From positions 1-64,000 of IMG/VR virus record IMGVR_UViG_3300017593_000402: a stretch of DNA of 64,000 bases. One strand, 5' to 3'. The notes under the pieces were generated by a model. That model searched no databases and was not told the DNA's origin. It saw only the letters and a list, made by a program, of their open reading frames with translations. Shown here piece after piece: positions 36,080 through 44,462 of this stretch. Origin of the DNA: a virus. A program made the translations under genes and the position numbers. Numbering within the stretch: position 1 is the first letter of the stretch; each line of letters begins with the position of its first letter.

Positions 36080-37152
36080 GAATCGCAATTCTAGGGGCAG
36101 ACGGCTACTTAGGTTTTGCACTTTCACATCATTTGCTTAGAGAAGGGCACTCTGTACTAGGCGTTGACAATTTAAAGCGGGAGTCTTTAGTAGAGGCGAC
36201 CTCCTCTTATTCGATTATTCGTCACTCTTTTGAGTCCTTAAAAGATTTACAGACTGTTGAGTTAGATGTTACAGATTCCGCTGCCTTACGTGACCGATTG
36301 GAGAAGTTTGAGCCTGATTTGATTGTCGACTTATCCCGGTTATACAGCCCAGCCCTTTTTCAGCAGCGAGACCAATTGCTTTGTGTTACTAACCTTTACA
36401 ACACCATTTCGGTTGTAAATACACTAGCTTCGTCCGCTTTACGTAACGTTCCTTTATTTGTGGTAACCGATCTAAACTCCTATTATCCCTCACAACTACC
36501 GGTTCCAGAAGGTCCGTTATTGATTCACCACAATGAGCTTGAGGATTTTTTACCTTTTCCATTGAAAGGGGACTCTCTTAATCAGTGTACTGAAGCCTTT
36601 GTTCAAATTTTCTTAACATATGCTCGTAACCACTTAAAACTCAAGTTAGTCGATCTCCGTGTAGGTTCTGTGTATGGTGTGTATCCAAGTGAGGAACCAC
36701 TTCATCGATTGCACGTTGACAAGTTTCATAGTACCGTCATTAACTACTATTGCGCCCGAGGCGTCCGTCAAGGGATCGTAAATGTGCCTCAGGAGGGTTA
36801 CTATACTATTATCTCGTTGAATCAATTTGTTGAGAGTTTTACTTACTTGTTGACTAAGAAGGTGGACAAACCCATTGTTCATTTGTTCGATCGGCTGGTC
36901 AGCTTTCAGGATTTGATTTATAAGATAAAACATGTTTTTGCGGAGGATTTTGGGTATAGACTACGAATTGGGTTCTTTCGTACTAAAACATTTGAGTTTA
37001 CTTGGCCACAGTTTGTCCACATTGAAAGGGAACTCTTGAGTGATTGTTTCTTAAGTGATACAATTGAGCTTGAGGATGATTTGAGAACGTTGATCGATGT
37101 GTGCTTCAGGAATAAGAAGAAAATCACTTCGTTACCTCGTTCTTTGTGGTAG
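36076..37152 (+). CDS. UDP-sulfoquinovose synthase (SqdB/Agl3)-like SDR with altered catalytic residues
   Basis: GADGYLG, VDNL.R, FEPD, DFLPFP, DLRVGSVYGV, STVIN are collinear with SqdB; YHLSK position reads NQCTE. Confidence 0.7.
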   Translation: MRIAILGADGYLGFALSHHLLREGHSVLGVDNLKRESLVEATSSYSIIRHSFESLKDLQTVELDVTDSAALRDRLEKFEPDLIVDLSRLYSPALFQQRDQLLCVTNLYNTISVVNTLASSALRNVPLFVVTDLNSYYPSQLPVPEGPLLIHHNELEDFLPFPLKGDSLNQCTEAFVQIFLTYARNHLKLKLVDLRVGSVYGVYPSEEPLHRLHVDKFHSTVINYYCARGVRQGIVNVPQEGYYTIISLNQFVESFTYLLTKKVDKPIVHLFDRLVSFQDLIYKIKHVFAEDFGYRLRIGFFRTKTFEFTWPQFVHIERELLSDCFLSDTIELEDDLRTLIDVCFRNKKKITSLPRSLW

Positions 37153-37163
37153 GAGGAAAGAGT

Positions 37164-38051
37164 ATGAGAGTCCTAATCTTGGACGATGAGGCGCCAGTAA
37201 GGGACTTTTTTAAGTCTTTCCTCGAGAGTAGTTTTGACAATTGTGAGTGTTATACTTGCGGTTCAGTTCAAGAGTTTAAGAAGTTAAATACTGAAGTCAA
37301 TCCCGATTTCTACATCCTTGACGTTGTCCTACTCAATGGGCAAGTGTTCTCAGCGGTGGACCAGTTTGACCCTGCACGGGCGATACTTGTGACAGGTTAC
37401 GATTCGGATAGAGTTCGTAAAATCGCCCGCGTATATGGGTTTCACGGGGTTCTTCCCAAGCCTGTAAATGGAGACGTGTTGAAAAGTATGCTGGATTCTT
37501 TGGTATTGAGGGTGAGCCCCCGCTTACGGTCTAGAGTTCAGGATTTAATGGGCGTTTTCCCGAAACTGTTTGAAGTTCTTGCAAAGAGTTTGGTTAGTGG
37601 GCAGAAAGTGCAAGAATGTGTTGAGATAGTTGGTAAAGCTCTTAACGCAACAGTGATAGTTTCCCCATTTGAACAAGGTGGTATGATTAGTTTCCCTTTG
37701 TTTGCATACTTTAAAGAGGGCGAACCTAAAATGCCCCGACGATTTAAGTTACCTAAAGGTTGGTTTGATCAGTTGTTGAACGGGAAATTTGTTACCTGTT
37801 TCGAACAGGGACTCGACGAGCTTGGCATCGATGTTAAGAGGGCTTTAGCATTTCCTATCAAGGGCGAAGGTATAGGTCAATGGGGTTTCTTCTTGACTTA
37901 TGATGATAAGGATGCTCCTTATTCTCAAGAGGAAATTACGTTCGTGAAGTGTGTTACGGATATTCTTGCTCTTGCATTACTCCGGCTACGTCATAATACT
38001 ACTCTCGAGACTGTGCTTCGCAACGCCATTACGAAGGTGAGTGCTTTTTGA
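37164..38051 (+). CDS. Response-regulator receiver domain fused to a GAF-like domain
   Basis: ILDDE, ILDV, VTGY, LPKP; C-terminal LAFPI...WGFF....YSQEEITFVKCVTDILALAL. Confidence 0.8.
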   Translation: MRVLILDDEAPVRDFFKSFLESSFDNCECYTCGSVQEFKKLNTEVNPDFYILDVVLLNGQVFSAVDQFDPARAILVTGYDSDRVRKIARVYGFHGVLPKPVNGDVLKSMLDSLVLRVSPRLRSRVQDLMGVFPKLFEVLAKSLVSGQKVQECVEIVGKALNATVIVSPFEQGGMISFPLFAYFKEGEPKMPRRFKLPKGWFDQLLNGKFVTCFEQGLDELGIDVKRALAFPIKGEGIGQWGFFLTYDDKDAPYSQEEITFVKCVTDILALALLRLRHNTTLETVLRNAITKVSAF

Positions 38052-38340
38052 AGTAACGGTGGACTTAAGGAATCTCTCTACAGTCGAAGAATTGTTGGTT
38101 GAACTAGTACGAGGGAATACGTCTGCCACGGAGAAGTTAGTTGAGCGGGTGACTGTGATTGAACGTAAGGCAGAAAGTCTGTGTGAAAATCAAACTTCTG
38201 TTGTGTCGAGTGTGACTGAAGTTAAACTCCGAGTAGATGATATTTGGCGTATTTTACGGAGTTTGTTCATTAAAGTTATCCTAGTTTGTGGCTCCGTTTG
38301 TGCGATTAGTTTCGTGTTAGGATATCTTTTAAAAGGATAG
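38041..38340 (+). CDS. Coiled-coil protein with a C-terminal transmembrane segment
   Basis: Heptad pattern followed by VILVCGSVCAISFVLGYLL. Confidence 0.55.
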   Translation: MLFEVTVDLRNLSTVEELLVELVRGNTSATEKLVERVTVIERKAESLCENQTSVVSSVTEVKLRVDDIWRILRSLFIKVILVCGSVCAISFVLGYLLKG

Positions 38341-38342
38341 GA

Positions 38343-39134
38343 TTACATCTCCGTGATCTTGAAAGAGACCTTCCGCAGTGTTAGATCGTACACCGGAATA
38401 CAGTTTTGGTGTACTCCCCCCTTTAGCGCTTTAATCTCTGGCCTCTCTTCTACCGGGAACATTCTCTGTAGTCTAATATAAAGAGGAACGAAGTAGTAAA
38501 TAGGTATTTTGGGTATTAAGAAGAGATGATATGCAGGTGCGTAGTGTATAAAGTTTTTGATAAGTGTCTGTTTTTCGGGTAAGTCGTTGACTATTTTGTG
38601 AAGATCAATGGAAATTGGGTTGGTATAGTTTTTAGGGTACATAGGCGCGTACTTCCTACTCAAGACCGGCGGTGTGAGCTCTAAATTGTAGATGGGAGCG
38701 AACGTTGAGAAAGGTGTTCCGTAGTATGCGTTTGACCAGTGAACATAAGTTGGTAGAAATTTTTCGAGGACTTGTTTGGTCACTCTGGCGATTGGGTCTT
38801 CTTCAATCTTGAGAGGAGTGAAGACCATAAAATCGAGATCGTGCGGTGTTCCGTAGAAGACTGATCCTGTTACGATCACGTAGGGGTTTTTGATCTGGAA
38901 AGGTAACATCCTGTTCAAACTTCTTTTTACTTTATGAGCGTTTACCCCTCTCTTACGCAGTTCTCTGACTATTAAGCTGTCGAGTTTCATAAGCTGCGAT
39001 AGAGTCAAACCCCCGACTTTCCCTCCTTTTTTTCGGGCCTTTTTAATCAGGGCTACTACAATTGAGTGCTTAAAAAGCAGGTCTTTAGTAGGGATTTTTG
39101 ATAAATCGGCCCCTAAAAGCTGAGTTACTTTCAT
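38343..39134 (-). CDS. Nucleotidyltransferase-like protein with repeated PxYxLxL motifs
   Basis: VTGS..YG.PHDLD (Pol-beta GS/DxD); ATG 39134 with AAGGAG RBS; repeats PIYNLEL, PAYHLFL, PVYDLTL. Confidence 0.6.
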   Translation of the reverse strand: MKVTQLLGADLSKIPTKDLLFKHSIVVALIKKARKKGGKVGGLTLSQLMKLDSLIVRELRKRGVNAHKVKRSLNRMLPFQIKNPYVIVTGSVFYGTPHDLDFMVFTPLKIEEDPIARVTKQVLEKFLPTYVHWSNAYYGTPFSTFAPIYNLELTPPVLSRKYAPMYPKNYTNPISIDLHKIVNDLPEKQTLIKNFIHYAPAYHLFLIPKIPIYYFVPLYIRLQRMFPVEERPEIKALKGGVHQNCIPVYDLTLRKVSFKITEM

Positions 39135-39143
39135 ACTTACTCC

Positions 39144-39172
39144 TTGCACTAGTTGGTTGGTTCTAGTATAAA
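39144..39172 (+). promoter_or_regulatory. Sigma70-like promoter for the portal operon
   Basis: TTGCAC-17 bp-TATAAA; similar TTGCAC-18 bp-TAAGCT at 45884-45913. Confidence 0.5.
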
Positions 39173-39212
39173 GGTAAGGAGACGCCGAGTCAACCCGTAG
39201 AGGAGGAAGACT

Positions 39213-42200
39213 GTGGAGAGACAACTTGAGAAGAAGGAGAAGGAACAACAGGTTAAGGAGCGATTAGTTGGAGAGACTTCGATCACTGCAGGAACTTTCG
39301 CAAGTTTGGTTACTTCTCTTTCCGCCTCGCAACTCCGTCAAATCTATAAAGAGACTAATGTTGTGAGGCGGTGTGTTGACCATATTGCGAGTTCTGTTGC
39401 GGACCTTCCGCGAGAGTATGATGTAAAGTTTGGTTTGAAGAAAAGTGAAGTAATCGATCTTATTTTTGTGCGCGAGACTATAACTGGAGAGACTTTTCGA
39501 GATGTGTTAATCGCTTTGACAGTGGATTTGTTGGTGTTGAACAAAGGTGTGTTAGTACCTTTGAAGACATTTGGCGGAAGGTTAACCGGATTTACGGCAC
39601 GCGATGCAGCCACTTTTTCTCCAGTGTATGAGAAAGACGGCAGGCTTCGTGGGTTCATTCAACAAGTCGGCTTGGGTAAGGTGTATAAGTTTCGCCCAGA
39701 TGAGTTAGTGTACATTCAACTTATTCCTAAAACTTACACTGCTACTGGAGGGTCTATCTTAGAGTCTCTTACTTATGAAGTTACGAGCTTGTTAAAGAAC
39801 TTAGTGAAAAGCGATCCTGAATCTAGGAAGCCTATCGGGACATTTATTTTTCCGGAGAGTTTGGACGAGGCAGTTGTTAATAGGTTTCAAGAGGACTTAA
39901 CCTCGTTAGTATCTGGAGGTAAAGTGAAAATCCCCGTGGTATGGGGCGCTGGTAAAGGGGAGTGGATCGAGTTGGTTAAACAATTTGACATTCAGATGGT
40001 TGCTACGTTCTTGGATCGCTTAGATTGGCTAGTTCGGAGCGCTTTTGGATTTGTGCCTCCTGGAAGTAGTTTACTTCAGTCACGACCTAACGAAGATTTG
40101 ATGTATTCTACCTTAGTCCCTGTGGTTGCTCGGGCGATCCAGAATCGACTGAATCGGTTTCTTAAACCTTATGGAGTTACTTTTAGTTTTAAGATTCCTC
40201 CTGCACACTCGTTGCAACGTATTATTGAAGGGACTAAGTCAGGGTTGATCTCACCTAATGAGGCCCGTCAGTTTATGTACTTACCACCGGTTAAAGGCGG
40301 CGATCAGTTGTCAGTTATGCAGCCTCAAGGTTTAACTCCTGTAGGGAAGAGTGGGCAACAATCTCCTGTGGTACCTCTCTCGGACGCTAAACAAGATACA
40401 GATATTACTCGCTCGCTTTCTATAGAAGAAGTGAAACAGCTTAGGAATCTCTCTCTTTTGTCCGATGAGAAGGTAGCACGGTTTGTTCTTAGGAGAATTA
40501 AGTTGCTGAAATCGATGCAAGAGGAGTTAAGAGAGGCAGTTCTGGATTATCGTTCTTCTTTTGAAGAGAAGGTGATGTTGCGTCAGGATACCCCTGCTTT
40601 ACCTTCTTATGTGCCTTTCTTACTACGAGTAGAAGGGATCATTGATAATTATGAGGCCCAGTCGATTGCGCTGGGTTATGAACGCGTGCTCCAGTTTTGG
40701 AACAGACGCGAGTTCGATAAGGATCTGATTGACGCTGAGATTGCTGAACACGATCGACGACTTCGTCGAGAGTCTATTCGGAGTTGGAAAGAGCGTTTAG
40801 ATTCTATTCACAATGAAGCAAAAAGAGGTGAGTGGGATCAAGTTAAAAAAGATCTTGACAATTTTATACGCGCGATTATTGCCGCCGCAGGGTTTGTCAC
40901 TTTGTTTGCGAATCTCCCTCTTGTACTTGTGTCTAAGTTTTTTGAGGAGACACAAGGAGTGCTCTTACGCTGGGTGGGCATATCTGATGATGTTACATGT
41001 TATGATGAAGCAACTAAAGTGTTGACGGATCGGGGGTGGAAGTTCTTTAAGGATTTGGATGGTACGGAGAGGTTGTTGAGTATTAACCCTGATGATTTGA
41101 CTCAGGTTGAGTGGCTTAAACCTGTTGCCTATCAGACGTTTGAGTACGATGGTGAGATGATTCATTTCGAGGGCTATCAAACGGATCTACTCGTGACACC
41201 TGATCATCAGTGTTTTGTGTATGATAATGGAAGACTTCGGAAAGTTCGCGCAGGAGAGCTGACTCAATTTGCGAAGGTTTCTTTCTACCATGGTGTTCCC
41301 GTCGATGTTGCTGACGTGTCTAGTATTTCCTGTAGTGAAGCAGAAGTTCGCCTTTCTTACTACAAGGGGAAGGTCTACGACGTGACTCTTCCTAAATGGC
41401 ACACTCTTTACATCATGCGCAATGGGAAGTGTATGTGGAGTGGTAATTGCGAAGACTGTGCAGCTCTTCAAGGGCGCGTTTTTAAACCATCCACGCTTGA
41501 ACTGCTTCAAACTTGGCCCGGTTATGGTGTGCGTTGTGGCCATAACTGTAGGTGTGCCCTTGAACCTGTTTCTAATATTACGCAAGCAAGTGTTAACGAG
41601 TGGATCGGTAAAGTTATCAAGTTTAGGAATTTGCACGTCCCTCTAAAGGAAGCAGCGCTTGTTTATTCTGACGTAATCGAACATATCGATAAGAAGATCG
41701 CAGAAGCTCTCAAAAAGAACCCTCACTTACGGGAGCCTTCGTACGTTGCTTTATTTAAGGAAATCCGATTGCGCGAGACTTTAACCCAACCTAAATACGA
41801 TGCTATACGAAATATACTCGAAATCCCCGCCTCTTTTACTGAGGAGCAGATTCGTTCAGCTTTTGTCGATGCAGTCGCCCTGAACGTCCTGTTACGTCAG
41901 AACTTTCAGTATCCTAGCTCACCTTTCGTCTCTGAGATAATGTCTATAATGGAGCGGGCCAGGAAAGTGCTTTGGAACGAGCAATTAAGTAAGCTTTTAC
42001 CTTCAGAGTTGAAAGAGTCTTGGTTGGAAGGTGATTTCGCTCCTTTTGAGAAATTGTCACTTAAGCTGTTTGATATTCCAGTTAAGGCTTACTTTGATCC
42101 CAGAGAGTTTTTTACTTACATGTTCCGGGCGTCCATTTTTAGCCCTCATCGAGAGGATATAGTAGGGATGCCCGCTTTTCGAGAACTCCTGGCAACCCAT

Positions 42201-43481
42201 GTGTGGTCCCCAACTACTTATGAGAATTGGCTTAACCGTGTTTATAAGGCCCGTTCCGCCCCTTGGCGGGCCACGTTAACTCCTGATAGAGTACTTACTC
42301 GACTGGAATACGTTGACTCAGAGTTCCGTGATAGATTGGTAGAAATCCTTAAGAGTTATCCGATGTTACGAGTTCCATCTTTTTGGGATGGGTTGAAGGG
42401 AATTAAGTTGTCAGATGTATCTCGCTACGACGCGTCTTATAGTTTGGAGGGGACCTATGATGAGTTTGTGAAGTCCTTTGTTGGTTCTATCTTGACTACG
42501 GGGGATACATTTCAGTTCCTCCACGAGCTAGGCCATCATGTGTTTGAGCGTCATTTTACCGCGCGCTCTACACTAAGAGACGCGTTTGCTTATGTGTACC
42601 GTGAACGAGTTTTGATCCCGTTTTACGAGCAAGTTTTACCTTATTTGACTGAAAAGGAAGCTCAAAAGTTCATGGGGTACATGAACGAGATGCTTGATGC
42701 AAGTGAGAAGAGAACTCTTGGGAGCTTTTTCTTAGGGTCTCGAGACGTATTTAGAGAGGAAATTTTTAAGCCTATTTATCCTAAGTTACAAGAGGTGATG
42801 CGGAACTGGGCACTTCCGATGCGACTGTACTCATTACAGAGCATCGACGAATCCTTTGCCGAGTTGTTTGCCACTTATATACGTAACCCATCGGTGTTGT
42901 ACTTCAGTGACCCCGAGTTGTACTTGTTTATGGAATCGCTCTTGCAGAACCTTGCTGTACGTCCAGAAACTTTGATAAGTAAGCACCCTATGTGGAAACG
43001 TGTTTTTGAGGCCCTTTCACGTATAGGTTTAACACGGAGTCAGATAAAGCAACTTCTTCCGAACCTTCTGTGGGCACATATTAGAGAAGATGTTGGGTTT
43101 GAGGAGTTGATAGCGTTGTTCGAGAGCGCTGCTACTGCAGAGGGCGAAGACTTACGGAAGAAGATAAAAGATATTGTCGAGCGCTTTTTCAAAGCGCCTG
43201 AGAAGAAGAAAATGCCTAGTTCTGAGCCGAAACCCAAAGAGATTAGGAAGCCTCGTAAGGCACCTTCTCTTCCCGAAAAGACTCTAGTAACTCTAAAGGA
43301 TGTGCGCGAAGTTCTTGAGAAGACTTTGAAGCTCGAAGGTAGAGACTTAGAGGTTTTTATGGACAAGATTGTTTCGGTTGTAGCTGAAGGTAAGATGAGT
43401 ATGATTGATGTGTATGAGAAATTGACTTCTTTCAAGACTAAAAAGGAGGCTTTGAAGTGGCTAGCCGGTTTGAAGAAGTAA
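39213..43481 (+). CDS. Portal protein fused to a MuF (gp7-like) domain, an intein and a zincin metallopeptidase domain
   Basis: Portal: VRRCVDHIASSVADLP, GLISPNEARQFMYLPPVKGGD; MuF: DDVT-CEDC..L.G...CGHNCRC; HELGH at 42522-42536 and ESFAELF. Confidence 0.85.
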   Translation: MERQLEKKEKEQQVKERLVGETSITAGTFASLVTSLSASQLRQIYKETNVVRRCVDHIASSVADLPREYDVKFGLKKSEVIDLIFVRETITGETFRDVLIALTVDLLVLNKGVLVPLKTFGGRLTGFTARDAATFSPVYEKDGRLRGFIQQVGLGKVYKFRPDELVYIQLIPKTYTATGGSILESLTYEVTSLLKNLVKSDPESRKPIGTFIFPESLDEAVVNRFQEDLTSLVSGGKVKIPVVWGAGKGEWIELVKQFDIQMVATFLDRLDWLVRSAFGFVPPGSSLLQSRPNEDLMYSTLVPVVARAIQNRLNRFLKPYGVTFSFKIPPAHSLQRIIEGTKSGLISPNEARQFMYLPPVKGGDQLSVMQPQGLTPVGKSGQQSPVVPLSDAKQDTDITRSLSIEEVKQLRNLSLLSDEKVARFVLRRIKLLKSMQEELREAVLDYRSSFEEKVMLRQDTPALPSYVPFLLRVEGIIDNYEAQSIALGYERVLQFWNRREFDKDLIDAEIAEHDRRLRRESIRSWKERLDSIHNEAKRGEWDQVKKDLDNFIRAIIAAAGFVTLFANLPLVLVSKFFEETQGVLLRWVGISDDVTCYDEATKVLTDRGWKFFKDLDGTERLLSINPDDLTQVEWLKPVAYQTFEYDGEMIHFEGYQTDLLVTPDHQCFVYDNGRLRKVRAGELTQFAKVSFYHGVPVDVADVSSISCSEAEVRLSYYKGKVYDVTLPKWHTLYIMRNGKCMWSGNCEDCAALQGRVFKPSTLELLQTWPGYGVRCGHNCRCALEPVSNITQASVNEWIGKVIKFRNLHVPLKEAALVYSDVIEHIDKKIAEALKKNPHLREPSYVALFKEIRLRETLTQPKYDAIRNILEIPASFTEEQIRSAFVDAVALNVLLRQNFQYPSSPFVSEIMSIMERARKVLWNEQLSKLLPSELKESWLEGDFAPFEKLSLKLFDIPVKAYFDPREFFTYMFRASIFSPHREDIVGMPAFRELLATHVWSPTTYENWLNRVYKARSAPWRATLTPDRVLTRLEYVDSEFRDRLVEILKSYPMLRVPSFWDGLKGIKLSDVSRYDASYSLEGTYDEFVKSFVGSILTTGDTFQFLHELGHHVFERHFTARSTLRDAFAYVYRERVLIPFYEQVLPYLTEKEAQKFMGYMNEMLDASEKRTLGSFFLGSRDVFREEIFKPIYPKLQEVMRNWALPMRLYSLQSIDESFAELFATYIRNPSVLYFSDPELYLFMESLLQNLAVRPETLISKHPMWKRVFEALSRIGLTRSQIKQLLPNLLWAHIREDVGFEELIALFESAATAEGEDLRKKIKDIVERFFKAPEKKKMPSSEPKPKEIRKPRKAPSLPEKTLVTLKDVREVLEKTLKLEGRDLEVFMDKIVSVVAEGKMSMIDVYEKLTSFKTKKEALKWLAGLKK
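40998..41447 (+). mobile_element. Mini-intein (150 aa) in the MuF domain
   Basis: DDVT|CYDEATKVLTDRGWK...VTPDH...VYDVT...MWSGN|CEDC. Confidence 0.88.
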
Positions 43482-44113
43482 AAACTGAATTGGGTTATAT
43501 CGTTGATAAGGAAGGTACCCTTGTAGGGACGTGGTTGTGGAAAGAAGGGAATATGACTGTGAGCACAAAGAACAAAGCTCTACAAGAGGTACTATCTCGA
43601 GGGGTACAGTTAGTAGAGCGTGTATTTGATCGAGGGGAGATTCAGCTTAGCTATTCCCCCCCAACAGTTCGAGTAGTAAAGTTTACCCCTGTTGAACTCA
43701 GTTCGATTCTTGCGCCTGATTTCTACTGTATTACAGCTGAGGAGCGAAAGAAAGGAGTATCTTTACCTGCTAATACTGGCAGACACTCTCGCACGTTTAA
43801 ACAAGTTCACCGGGGTTATGTCCTCGAACGATTAAAAGGGCGTGATATCACCATAGGAATTTGGTTTTATTCCCCGGGAGGAATTGTATGTCAGACTAAT
43901 AGCAGGACGTTTGATAGGGAGTTCCACGAGGTTAAAAAGAAGTTAACAAGGACAGTGTTTACACGGGATGGGGTAAGGGAGGTTCCTCTTCCATTTAACG
44001 AGGCTACTTATTTTGATGTTAACTTGAAACTTCCCTCACGGTATTTTCTGGTACCTAGTTGGGGAATTGAAACCTCAGAGAAGGAGAAGTTCGAGGATGT
44101 CAAAGAAACTTGA
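43457..44113 (+). CDS. Hypothetical protein with two internal repeats
   Basis: GYIVDKEGTLVGTWLW...STKNK versus GYVLERLKGRDITIGIWFY...QTNSR; AAGGAGG RBS. Confidence 0.65.
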   Translation: MASRFEEVKTELGYIVDKEGTLVGTWLWKEGNMTVSTKNKALQEVLSRGVQLVERVFDRGEIQLSYSPPTVRVVKFTPVELSSILAPDFYCITAEERKKGVSLPANTGRHSRTFKQVHRGYVLERLKGRDITIGIWFYSPGGIVCQTNSRTFDREFHEVKKKLTRTVFTRDGVREVPLPFNEATYFDVNLKLPSRYFLVPSWGIETSEKEKFEDVKET

Positions 44114-44462
44114 AGATTTTCTTGATCACTCGTTAGACGATTTAGAGTCTCCTCCGGTCTTGGGGTTGGGTAAAGCTGCCTCTGAGGACTTACCTAAGCA
44201 GGAGGACATTCCATCTGAGGTTGGTTCGCCTGAACAGGAAGCGATTGATACAATTGCTGAGAGGATAATAGAAGAGTTACGCGGTAATGAAAGCATTAGG
44301 CCGAAGAATTGGAGTGACGTTCTCCGTGGTTTGGAATTAGTATTAAAGTTTAAGCATGAGTTACACGGCAAGCACAAGAAAGGAGAACAGGACCTCGCAT
44401 ACCAAGCTCTTCAGGAGTTTAAGGAAGTGGTAGATGCCTTCTCGAGATTTGAGTCAAAGTAA
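44097..44462 (+). CDS. Putative terminase small subunit
   Basis: Short acidic/helical ORF overlapping the terL start. Confidence 0.45.
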   Translation: MSKKLEDFLDHSLDDLESPPVLGLGKAASEDLPKQEDIPSEVGSPEQEAIDTIAERIIEELRGNESIRPKNWSDVLRGLELVLKFKHELHGKHKKGEQDLAYQALQEFKEVVDAFSRFESK

